From positions 314,588,001 to 314,652,000 of the forward strand of contig OZ024743.1 in the NCBI GenBank assembly GCA_964016885.1: a stretch of 64,000 bases of DNA. Reading direction: 5' to 3'. The stretch comes from Eledone cirrhosa (lineage: Eukaryota). The notes under the pieces were generated by a model, which had not been told where the DNA came from, made no database searches, and saw only the letters and a program-made list of their open reading frames with translations. Position 1 is the first letter of the stretch. The number at the start of each line of letters is the position of its first letter. The translations under genes and the position numbers were made by a program. Shown piece after piece: positions 27,845 to 41,679 of this stretch.

Positions 27845-27999
27845 TTCATTATTTCTGAAGACGGCGTATATATGTGTTTGGTATGTATATTTAATCTTGA
27901 TAATTTGTATAATTTTGTATAATTTTGTACATAGATCTGTTGAATATGCATACCAATTCTAACACATATATATCCTAGAAACGATCGTTAAATAATGAA
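27845..27999 (+). ncRNA. Type I hammerhead ribozyme with a ~116-nt stem II
   Basis: TTCATTATTT CTGAAGA [GTATATATGTGTT/AACACATATATAT; TGGTATGTATATTTA/TGAATATGCATACCA] GAAA CGATCG TT AAATAATGAA. Stem I is a perfect 10 bp and the site is GUU. Confidence 0.85.
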
Positions 28000-28049
28000 C
28001 ATTTTTTGTTTAATATAAGGAATTGTTTATTCATTATTTGTTTAATATT

Positions 28050-28555
<506 letters not shown>

Positions 28556-28603
28556 ATGTGATAGCGGCGATGAATTAGTTTTGATAACATCGACAACATC
28601 CGT

Positions 28604-30592
28604 ATGAGTGATGTAAAACTACCGGAAGAATTTACCAATGACCACACAGTAAATATCTATGGGAACACTTTAATCAGTGAACAAGAACAACAAATCCTAA
28701 AGTTACCACCAAAATTTGCCATCTACAAAAAGATTGACCCTATGGAATGCAAAACGGAGCTGGAAAAGTGTTTCACAAAAATACGTTGGAATGCAAAGGT
28801 AAACAACAACAACAATAATAATAGTAGTAATATAAACAATAACTCTGTGTATAGAAATAACAGCCATAACCATAACAATGGCAGGAAAGTGAGAAATAGT
28901 GATAATGGCAATAATACTAGCGATAGACAGAACAACAACAACCACAATAATAATAATAATAGAAACGTTAACCACAGACACAGCAACAGTGACCACAATA
29001 GTAATAACGGTAACAATACGAACAACAACAACAACAATAACCACAGTGGTAATAATGGAAATAGTACATGTAGCAACATCAACAAAAACAAGAAACATAA
29101 TAATAGTAACAACCACAATGGTAGAAATAGCAGTAACAACAACAACAATAACGGTGAAGTAAACAACAATACATCTAGCAATCATAACAATAATAATATT
29201 AATGCTAATGATAGAAACAACAACAACCACCATGATAACAATAATAGCAACACACACAACTATGACGATAGAAATAACGACAACCCCTTAGAGAAACTAT
29301 TTTTCAACCCAGCTGACAAAACATATAAGATGGGTAATATCTATCCTACGAGGTTACCCTTTAATAAAAGAGTTTGCATACCACAGCAAATAGATGACGA
29401 GACGGAGGCACAGTTCACCATAGCTAGAAATAAGATTAGACAAGTAGTAGACAGGTACACTATGAGACAGAGCAGACCAGAGGCCCAACAACTTGGGATA
29501 AAACCTGTAGAAGGCTCTATAGCCTCAAGCAGCGCACAAGGGATGGTGAGGTAGTGTGTCTACCCACAGATAAGTCTGGTAGGATGTCAATAGATAGCAT
29601 GCCGAACTACATCGAGGCAATGCAACCCCACATCACCAACACGAGCGAAGTTGCACAACTAACACACGATGGGAGAGAAAAAATCCTCAACGCTCACATG
29701 ATGATGTGGACTGACATCCTAAAGCCAAGCAGACGCACTGCCAACAACTTCCAGGCGTCTAACAATGGCATACCACCCTTGTATGGGCTCCGCAAAGACC
29801 ACAAGACAGTCGACGACCCGACAACAGGACCACCAACAAGACCCGTATGCGGAGCTAATATAGCTAGCAACTACAGGATCTCCTACTTCCTCTCAATGGT
29901 TATACGCCCCATAATCAAGATGTCCCCAGATGTATGTGAAAGTACAGAGGACCTCCTCAGCAGAATCAGTGAGTGCAACAAAAACAGGAGCCTATCCAAC
30001 TGCATAATAGGCAGCATGGATGTGGTGTCACTGTACCCATCCATTAACATTGATTTTGCTGTGAAAAGATGTGTGGAGATGATCACTGAGAGTGAGGTGG
30101 AGTTCTGCGACGTCGACACAGACGAACTGGGCCTCCTACTTAGACTTACCTACGACACTGACTACCTAGACAGCCATGATCTTAGATGTTTCTGCCCTAG
30201 TAGACCTATAAGAGGTAGACCCCCCACCATAACCTCAATGGCTAAAAAGACTCCCATAGGAAGGTGGATTGGGTGGACCAAAGCTATACGGACCCCCCAA
30301 AACACTGATCAGGTAAGAAAAATGGTCGCACATGCAATAGGGGCTAGTATCAAAACTACCCTAAAGGGCCACATATTTAAGTTCAATGAGAAAATCTACA
30401 CCCAAAATGAGGGAGCAGCCTTCGGCGTCAGCATAGCTGGTGATGTTGCCAACCTTTTCATGGTATGGTGGGAAAGGAGACTTAAAGATCTCCTTAATGA
30501 AAGCTCCATAGACCTCATCATGTACTCTCGTTATGTAGACGATATCAATATAGTTATAAGAACACCCCCACTAGAGAGCACTAACAAGTTTG
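28604..30592 (+). pseudogene. Penelope-like reverse transcriptase: frameshift near 29500, Asn-rich insert, 3'-truncated after YVDD
   Basis: ILKLPPKFA, PTDKSGR, PPLYGLRKDHK, TRPVCGA, SMDVVSLYPSI, FKFNEKIYTQNEGAAFGVSIAGDVANLFM and SRYVDDI. Confidence 0.92.
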
Positions 30593-30626
30593 ATATATAT
30601 ATATTGTTATACTTGGGGAGGGTCAT

Positions 30627-30787
30627 ATTTGTGTAATATTGCCAGAATTAATAACAGAACACACTCACTGTCTGGTTGGTTTTCGCTTCTCGCTTCTGTG
30701 TCTTTTATATCGGTAATCTAACTTACTCGGTCCTCAATGTTTCGACACACGATTTCATATAAAACCTCGCAAAACTAATTCATCGCC
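30627..30787 (-). repeat. Probable pseudo-LTR fragment; its end is an 18-bp inverted copy of 28566-28583
   Basis: GGCGATGAATTAGTTTTG (28566-28583) versus CAAAACTAATTCATCGCC (30770-30787). Confidence 0.65.
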
Positions 30788-30884
30788 ATATATATATATA
30801 TATACACATATATATAAATATATATATGTGTGTGTATATATCTATACATATATATACATATGTGTGTATATATATATATATGTA

Positions 30885-30972
<88 letters not shown>

Positions 30973-31017
30973 GAGAACAAATTTACGAAATGGAAATGCG
31001 GGTATCCAGAATTTATT

Positions 31018-31134
31018 AGGTAACAATTGTTTCTATAGTGTATGAGTTACCTATACTTCGCTACTTGAATAATACACAAATATTATCAAAAACCGAAAGT
31101 ACACTGTAAGCCAACACACCATGTCATCAGACCT
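31018..31134 (-). ncRNA. Type I hammerhead ribozyme with long stem II, in a PLE-like remnant (~30972-31570)
   Basis: Minus strand reads AGGU CUGAUGA cAUGGUGUGU...AUACACUAUa GAAA CAAUUG UU ACCU. Palindromic stem III ACAAUUGU. Confidence 0.75.
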
Positions 31135-31158
31135 TTGTATTAGAATGATATGAAAATA

Positions 31159-31220
31159 TTGTTATACTTTGGGAGGGTCATGTTGCCAATAAGAAACACA
31201 CGCACCAAATTCAGAAACGA
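31159..31220 (-). mobile_element. 62-bp micro-element with a 12-bp target-site duplication
   Basis: GATATGAAAATA at 31147-31158 and 31221-31232; family copies at 2407 and 34617. Confidence 0.8.
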
Positions 31221-31902
31221 GATATGAAAATAGTTTATACACTAGATAAAAGATAAAGAAGGAGGTAGGAAGAGAAGGGGTAGAGGGAAGTGAGTAAGGT
31301 GGAGGGAGTCTTAGGGTTTAAGACTGTCAGACTAGTAGAGATTGTGAAGAGAGGATGTTTTGGCAGCAGTTAGCTTAATGAGGCGTGCAAAGATTGGCTA
31401 GGAAGTAGATTCTTCTAGTGGTGTTGTTCGGACAAAATTTAGTTAGAGGGGTCAAAGTAGTACAGTGTCACAGACAAGTTATTAGGGCTATTATAGAAGC
31501 AGGTTATTTCTAAAGGGGTCCAGAAAAACAGTGTTTAGTACTATTATTATAGAAAGCCATATCTAGTGTATAAATATATAAGACAGAAATTTGCAAACGT
31601 TGGTGTAAAAAGGTAACATTATATGCACTTAAAAAAAGAAAAAGTCGTTTTCAAACGATGGTTACAATATAGAGAACGTTCAATTTTGCTGTTCAAAAGT
31701 TTGTATGTATATATATATATATGTATGTATGTATGTATGTATATATATATACATATATATACACGCAGATGTCATCTGATGATGGTATTTGTTTTTGAAA
31801 TGCGCATAATAAAATACTTGGAACTCTTTTAACCATCTTTTGATCTTATATTATATATGTATATAAATGTGAGAAAAACCACAGACCCTCCATCTCAACT
31901 CA

Positions 31903-31940
31903 CCTTTTGAAAAGCAGAAGAACTGCGAAACCTGTAAAGG
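31903..31940 (+). ncRNA. Hammerhead-like motif, U3-A8 core variant
   Basis: CCTT TTGAAAA GCAG-aagaa-CTGC GAAA CCTG TA AAGG, with a 4-bp stem I. Confidence 0.6.
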
Positions 31941-32080
31941 AACCAAATCAATATATATATATATATATATATATTTTAAAATAAGACTCCAGTTGCATTT
32001 TCGATTTCATCTCTTTTTCTTTATACTTTCACTCGTGTAGGACACCTCGGTTATTTTTCATTTTGTCAAAAAAACCTCAC

Positions 32081-32133
<53 letters not shown>

Positions 32134-32204
32134 AATATATATATATATACATATATATATGTATATATAATATAAGATCAAAAGATGATTAAGAGAGTTC
32201 CAAG

Positions 32205-32275
32205 TATGTTATTATGCGCATTTCAAAAACAAATATCATCATAAGATGACATCTGCGTTTTCATCAGATAAAATA
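32205..32275 (-). ncRNA. Type I hammerhead ribozyme (family A)
   Basis: Minus strand reads UAUUUUAU CUGAUGA AAACGCAGAUGUCAUC...GAUGAUAUUUGUUUUU GAAA UGCGCA UA AUAACAUA. Confidence 0.75.
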
Positions 32276-32439
32276 GGGATACATGATATGACGGCTAAAA
32301 AAACACTTGTAAATAGTAAAGTTTTAAATCAACCATCGTTTGATCTTATATTATTTATACTCCAGTCTTACAAACTGTAGAGTGCTACTTATCCGATATT
32401 TGCATTGCTTTATTGTGCTACATAAAACTCATCTCCTCC

Positions 32440-32483
<44 letters not shown>

Positions 32484-32834
32484 TGGTAAACGGAATAGAA
32501 AATGCTGACAAATTGTTCACAGTGAAAAATAGTTTAATTAGGAATAAGTGAGAATTAGTAATAGTATTGGTTAGTATTCAGTTTTGGTGTTAAGTTTTAC
32601 CGGTTGCGCATTTCTAATGCTTTTCAAAAGTAATTTCGAGATAGAGCGTCCGTGATGTTTGCTCTGATCTGTATATATATGTATATGTATTTATATATAT
32701 ACATATATATATACACATATATATATATATGTATATATATATATCTACATATATATATATACAGATATATATATATATATACACATATATATATATATAT
32801 ATATGTGTATATATATACCTACATATATATATAT

Positions 32835-32933
<99 letters not shown>

Positions 32934-32956
32934 TATACATATACATATATATATAT

Positions 32957-34330
<1,374 letters not shown>

Positions 34331-34331
<1 letters not shown>

Positions 34332-34443
34332 GGATACGGGATCAGTAGACGGGACCTGGGGGAAGCGATGGGGTACAGGGAATTCTGGGGCATGAGAGTG
34401 AGATCCATCATCTCGACAGTAGTCGAAGAATGATGATGACGAT
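34331..34443 (+). mobile_element. Extreme 3' end of an RTE-type LINE
   Basis: ...[26 protein letters not shown] followed by a (GAT)n tail. Confidence 0.55.
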
Positions 34444-34504
34444 ATATATATATGTATGTATATATGTATATATATATGTATGTATATATATATGTAAATA
34501 TGTA

Positions 34505-34768
<264 letters not shown>

Positions 34769-34786
34769 GCATATATATATATATAT

Positions 34787-34839
<53 letters not shown>

Positions 34840-34999
34840 CATATATATATACATACATATATATATATACATACATATATATATATACATACATATATAT
34901 ATATATATACATACATATATATATATACATATATATATATACATACATATATATATATATACATATATATACATATATATATACACACACATATATATA

Positions 35000-36460
35000 T
35001 AATGGAAAATTTGAACAGGAACAAGACAGAGAAGCAGTACAAAGAATGTTTATTAATTTCACGCTCTTGATAGTGGGTTGGTGGTGAAACGTGTGTGGGA
35101 AGAGAGTTCAAAGGGTGTGTAGGGGAGTGGTAGAGAGACATATAGCAAAAGGAGGGTGGGAGGAAACGGTGCAAATGAAATTAAAAATAAAGGCATGATC
35201 AAATTAAAATTAAAATGGGGTAAAGAGGTGGTGGAAGGTTGTGGGGCGTGTAGGGGTGGTGGCGGGTGGAGTGGGTAGAGGGAGACTGCTGTCCGAGCGG
35301 GGAGGGCTGAAGGTGGTGTGTGTGTGTAGGTGTACGTGTGTGTGTGTGTGTATGTGAAAGCAAGGGTTGGGGGAAGAACGGGGTTGCATGTTCAGGAAGA
35401 GGTGTGTGTGGGGGTGGGGTGTAGGTCGGAGTGTGTGTGCGTGTGTCGATAGAGGGGTGTGGGGAGAGGAATCCGGAGGCTGAATGTGTAAATATGTGGT
35501 GGATCGCACGTGTGTGTGTGGTGTTTAAGCGTGTTGTGGGTGTAGGTGGCGTGTGGGTAAACAGAATGTTTTGGGGTGTGTGTGTGTGGGTGAGTCATAA
35601 AGGTGATTCCGTAAGTAGATGTGGTGGAATGGTTAGTAAAATCCTAGGATGGTGGTTGATTCCGCGGTCAAGGTCCACATATGTGTAATCCGTGAAGAGA
35701 TTGTCGGAAGAGGGGAGATGTGGGGTGCGCGCGCAACAGGAAGTGGTCAAGGCAGTAGGAGTGCTGTGTGTCTGTGTGTGCTGGGAGGTGGTCAGAGGGC
35801 ATAGCAGCAGTAGGGTGGAATGGTAAAGGGGAGATAATGGGTATGTGTGAAAGTTGGAGTGAGAGGGGGTGTGTGTGTATTAGTAGAGGTGTTAGTGGGA
35901 TGAGTGAGTGTTTGAGAAAGGGTGTGGGGGTCGATGGAGGGAGTGTGGTGTACTGGTGTGTGTGTTGTTTGATGAGGGGGGTGTTAGTGGGTGTTAGTAT
36001 ACAGGAGGTGGAGAAAGGGTTGAATGCGGGTGTGAGTGGGGGTCAGTGGTCGTAGGAGGTGTAGAGTTGGTGGTGTAAGAGGGTGTGTGTGTTCGTGTGC
36101 TTGGGGTCAGGGTGTGTTAGTGATGTTAGTTGCGGGGTGGTGGGGTGGATGTGTGGGGGTGAGGGTTAATGGTGGTAATAGGGTGTGTTTAGTGTGAGCG
36201 CGTGTATATATGTGCCGGTGGGTGTGTGCGTGTGATAATGAGGGGGGAGGAGAAGAAGGGAGGGATGTTAGTATGTTAGTTGGGGAAGGGTGGTCGGATG
36301 TGGGGTGGAGTGGAGGTGTTAGTATTGTTAGTTGTGGGGTGGGCGGTGAAAAGGAGGGGTGTGCTAGTGGTGTTAGTGGGGATATGTGTGGGGGGAGGGG
36401 GGTGGTCGAAGGCTAACGGAATAAAGGTGGGGAGTTCAGGCCGGGGGGAGTGTGGGTCTA
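35000..36460. repeat. Strongly G/T-skewed low-complexity segment, probably a TE 3' UTR on the minus strand
   Basis: Composition, and it is bounded by TA arrays. Confidence 0.5.
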
Positions 36461-36493
36461 TATACATACATATATATATACATATATATATAT

Positions 36494-36551
<58 letters not shown>

Positions 36552-36730
36552 GTATATATATATGTATATATTTATATATGTGTGTGCGCGTGTATATATA
36601 TATATAAAGTATATACACATGCACACACACACATATATATATACATATATGAATACATATATATATATATACATATATACATACATATATATATATACAT
36701 ATATATATATACACACATATATATATATAT

Positions 36731-36806
<76 letters not shown>

Positions 36807-36812
36807 TATAAA

Positions 36813-37709
36813 CTAGCATTAAAGCCCGGCGTTGCTCGGGGTCATTAAGTTACCAATGTTAGGTTGCAACACCCATTTTATGGCAGCACTTTTTTGTCTG
36901 CCAGGCACTGGGTGAATGAATTTCAGACCTGGAAGTATGAGCTGCGCCAGCAGTGACAATTGTAGTTTCGCCTATGGATATTATCTCTGTGCAAAAAAGT
37001 GTTGAAATTTATTGTTTCACAGTACTTGCGCAAAACGCGCGTAGACGATGCCAGCCGAACAACAGAGCTGCGATGGAGTTGTTCTGCGTGGTTGTCTGTG
37101 TGTTTTCTAAATTTAAGACAGTAGGGAGGGTTGCGATATAAGGGAGAGTTAGCTGTTGTTTCTAGCAGGTGTAGTGACCTCATAGAGGATATGTGTTTTC
37201 AAAATTTAAGACAGTAGGGAGTGGTGTGATATGGGGGAGAGTTAGCTGCTGTTTCTAGCAGGTTTAGTGACCTCATAGAAGATATGTTTTCTAAATTTAA
37301 GACAGTAGGGAGTGGTGTGATATGGGGGAGAGTTAGCTGCTGTTTCTAGCAGGTTTAGTAACCTCAAAGAGGATATGTGTTTTCTAAATTTAAGACAGTA
37401 GGGAGTGGTGAGAACGGACAGTATCACCATCAAGCTTGGAAAGAGAAAGTAGCAGAAAGTATGAAGTTGTATAGATTTTGAATGGTAGTAGAAAGAGTTC
37501 AGCAGTTTAAATGAGAGAGAAAAATCGTAAATTATTGAGTTTTATCAATTTTTTGCGTAATTGAGGGTGAAATTGAAAGAATTATCTGCGTCAAGACGCA
37601 ATCAAAACTATTTCGAATACTGAATTGTAAATTTCAATTGAAGAAATTCTATATCGTAGATTTCTATAACGAAGGAGCATGACCACACACTGAGCTTTAT
37701 AGATTATGA
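36813..37709 (-). mobile_element. Non-autonomous Helitron with an internal ~92-bp tandem repeat (~3.4 copies, 37099-37410)
   Basis: The minus strand starts TC (37709) and ends CTAG (36813). A GC hairpin CCCGAGCAACGCCGGG lies 8 nt before CTAG. Inserted between A and T with no TSD. Confidence 0.85.
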
Positions 37710-38119
37710 TATATATATATATGGAATCCATAACCTAGGTTATAGATTCCATACACTGGTGGTTTTTCCCTCTTTTATTGATGTCACACTATCTCTCTCT
37801 AGTGTGTTACCTTTTCAACATATTGTATTTTAAAGTGCTCAGGATACCTTCTCCTTTGAGCACATTATTTACAGGGAACGGCGTGAGTCTATGGCTCCGT
37901 TAATGTATCGTAATATTTCGCTCCGTATAACAGTCTTTCGTCTCTCTCTCTGTTTGTTGGGCACACTTCTCTGAGTGGTTTTTGGCTGCCCTTTCTAGCA
38001 GCTCGTCCGTCAGAGGTCACTGGTTCAATGCCCTTAAAGACGCTGTAACTTCTCTCCACCACGTGTAGTTGGACGGTCGCTTTAAAATTCTCTTAGTGTT
38101 GTCTGAAATGTATAGCCTT

Positions 38120-38560
38120 ACACACGCTGATGAACCTGCGCAGTATCAGTAGAGGGTCGGACGCCATGTTCTCCAGCATAGTTACGTCCCTTTACGATCT
38201 GAGTTCAAATCCCGCCGAGGTTGACTTTGCCTATCATCCTTACGGGGTCGATAAAATAAAGTACCAGTAATGCACTGGGTAATTGCTGGCCTTGTGCCTA
38301 AAGTACAAACAGTTATGGGCGGTGTATTGGCAGTATCAGTAGAGGGTCGGACGCCATGCTTTCCAGCATAGTTACGTCCCTTTACGATCAGAGTTCAAAT
38401 CCCGCCGAGGTTGAATTTGCCTTTCATCCTTACGTGGTCGATAAAATAAAGCTAGTAATGCACTGGGTAATTGCTGGCCTTGTGCCTAAAGTAGAAACAG
38501 TTATTTCATTTTGTCACCCACTTACTGGCGAAACAGATTACTTTGGATTTGTACGTGTGT
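38120..38560 (+). ncRNA. Type I hammerhead split in stem II by a 366-bp SINE insertion
   Basis: ACACACG CTGATGA acc...[SINE x2]...tggc GAA ACAGATT-actttg-GATTTGT A CGTGTGT. Confidence 0.75.
38140..38505 (+). mobile_element. Head-to-tail SINE dimer (38140-38316, 38317-38505)
   Basis: Two highly similar family copies. Confidence 0.9.
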
Positions 38561-38682
38561 TATATAGTTATAGGTTATAGATTCCATACACTGGTGGGTT
38601 TTCCCCGTTTTATTGATGGCGCACTGTATCTCTCTCTAGTGTGTTACCTTTTCAACATATTGTATTTTATATATATATATAC

Positions 38683-38786
<104 letters not shown>

Positions 38787-38799
38787 AGAGAGAGAGAAT

Positions 38800-39854
38800 A
38801 ATAGAGAAAACACAGGTAAGCATTATAAAAAGGATTTTATTCATGTATTTATGACCGTTCCATTGGTAAGCGCACCTTATATCGCTATAGCAGCCACTCG
38901 ATAATAATTGTTATTCACCTCCAAATTTTCAAAATAATGTATAAGTTACCTTTTCTTCCTAGATACTTTTCAATTCTCATTATTACTCAACACAATATAT
39001 CCACTCTTCCTTCTTCAATCCTATCACTGGCCATAAAATGTACTATTACCCTTTTAAATACTTTATAGTATCACCATGAAAAATCCTTCGTAAACATAAA
39101 CCTTTTTTTTGACGTTAGATTATTCTTCCTCACTTCATTATTTGTTTCTCCCTTTCATGCTCATCTAACTTCTACATATTACACAGATTCATCCACTCTT
39201 CTACTTCTTTTCACAATATATCCTTAATTACATTACTATTTTTATATTTTTTTAATAATACATATCAACAATTTCTTTCCATCGCACATATTATTAAACC
39301 CTTCAATATTCAAACCTTAACTTAATATTATTCTTAATACATATTAACAATTTCTTTTCATCGCACATATTATTAAACCCTTCAATATACAAACCTTAAT
39401 TTAACATTATTCTTAAATTTTCTCTTCATTAATTTTTAAATTCTTTTAATTTATATATTATCTTCCAACGGTTTTTAAATTCTCTCTGTAAAACAATATA
39501 TTTTTCTCAGTTATAAAAGCTATCTCTCTCTCTCTCACTATCACCCATCTCTCGTCCTATCTCATCCTTCCTTATTATACACCTCCCCCTCCTTTCTTTA
39601 CTCTCATCTCTTCCTCTTTTTCATCCTTTCCAACCCCCCTCTCAATTTTTTCCCCAATATCACACATCAATCTAAAACTACTTTTCATATGTTGATTTAA
39701 AACTGTACTATTCACAAGTGTTTTTTAACCTTCATATCATGTCTCCCTATTTTATCTGACGAAAACGCAAATACGCAAATGTCATCGCATGATGATATTT
39801 GTTTTTGAAATGCGCATAATAAAATACATGGAACTCTCTTAACCATCTTTTGAT

Positions 39855-39860
<6 letters not shown>
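38800..39860 (+). mobile_element. PLE family A 3' region and pseudo-LTR
   Basis: Pyrimidine-rich UTR with a ~78-bp duplication (39258-39415), ending in family A pseudo-LTR sequence at 39687-39860. Confidence 0.65.
39748..39826 (+). ncRNA. Type I hammerhead ribozyme (family A)
   Basis: TATTTTAT CTGACGA [stem II] GAAA TGCGCA TA ATAAAATA. Stem I is 8 bp, stem III is the palindrome ATGCGCAT, and the cut falls after 39818. Confidence 0.8.
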
Positions 39861-39951
<91 letters not shown>

Positions 39952-40035
39952 ATATTTATATATATAATATATATATATAATATATATATATATAATATAT
40001 ATATAATATATATATATATAATATAAATATATATA

Positions 40036-40079
<44 letters not shown>

Positions 40080-40350
40080 TATATTTATATTATATATATA
40101 TATTTTATATATCTTATATATATATATATATAATATATATATATATAATATATATATATTTATATTATATATATATATATATTATATATATATATATATA
40201 ATATATATATATTTATATTATATATATATATATTATATATATATTGTATATATATATATTATATATATATATATTATATATAATATATAAATATATAATA
40301 TATAAATATATATATATTTATATTATATATATATATTATATATGTATATA

Positions 40351-40381
<31 letters not shown>

Positions 40382-40388
40382 ATAATAT

Positions 40389-40437
<49 letters not shown>

Positions 40438-40473
40438 TATATATAATATATATATATAATATATATAATATAA

Positions 40474-40570
<97 letters not shown>

Positions 40571-40618
40571 TAATATAAATATATATATATATTATATATA
40601 TATATATTATATATATAT

Positions 40619-40690
<72 letters not shown>

Positions 40691-40737
40691 ATATATATAA
40701 TATATATATATTTATATTATATATATATATTATATAT

Positions 40738-40802
<65 letters not shown>

Positions 40803-40907
40803 ATTATATATATATATATATATATATTACATATATATATATATTATATATATATATATATATTATATATATATATATTATATATATATATATTATATAT
40901 ATATAAT

Positions 40908-40964
<57 letters not shown>

Positions 40965-41011
40965 CATATATATATATATTATATATATATATATTATATA
41001 TATATATATAT

Positions 41012-41084
<73 letters not shown>

Positions 41085-41112
41085 ATATATTATATATATA
41101 TATATATATATA
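39858..41112. repeat. ~1.25-kb almost pure A/T interrupted (TA)n array
   Basis: Directly visible. Confidence 0.97.
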
Positions 41113-41623
41113 TGTAAATATGTATGTACACGTACATACATATTTGTATACAGACGTACAGTAGCATGCATATATATATATATATATATATATCCATACA
41201 GGTACACATACATATATGTACGTATCAGTTTAGCGGACGCCTATTATATCGCCCGCTTTGTTCGTTTGTAAATAAACTGAACAGCCTGAATTTCTGCCGT
41301 ACGGTGTTAGGCAACCACGTCACCTTTTTGTTCAACATTGACACAGGAACGATGTACTAGTTTCAAGCTTGTTAGCTATCATCAGCACCGTATACCCTTC
41401 TGCCAGATAGTTGAACGTTCGAGAGTATATACTTTCCTTATGAAAATTAACGGCTGAGCAGCCTAATTTGCATATCGAGTGAGTTCGGCCAGGCGTACCG
41501 AGAACGTTAAGTTGTAATAAAATGAAAACGAAATTTCATTTCTCACTCTTAGTACGGCACTTACTTAAATGTAAGTATGTATGTACACGTACATACAAAT
41601 ATGTATACAGACGTACAGTAGCA

Positions 41624-41679
<56 letters not shown>

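Larger units (their letters stand above)
31764..32670. mobile_element. Cluster of PLE pseudo-LTR fragments in TA repeats (A 31764-31852 +; B1 31868-32090 +; A inverted 32168-32440; B2 32482-32670 -)
   Basis: Direct homology to copies elsewhere in this window. Confidence 0.8.
37721..38668 (+). mobile_element. Retrozyme-like ~469-nt unit (about 1.2 copies) with a 5' fold-back; its hammerhead is interrupted by a SINE dimer
   Basis: 37737-37830 is repeated at 38572-38668. A 16+16-bp hairpin lies at 37721-37752. HHR halves are at 38120-38139 and 38506-38560. Confidence 0.8.

Noticed and set aside
30725-30787. CGATGA...CGAAACATTG on the minus strand as a hammerhead
   Set aside because: The core is incomplete and there is no NUH site or stem I.
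31776-31820. CTGATGA...GAAA as a complete hammerhead
   Set aside because: Alignment to family A shows the true 5' core and stem I are missing. This CTGATGA is a variant of the stem II loop region.
37099-37410. Regularly spaced repeats resembling a CRISPR array
   Set aside because: The units are contiguous ~92-bp repeats with no unique spacers, inside a Helitron in eukaryotic DNA with no cas genes.
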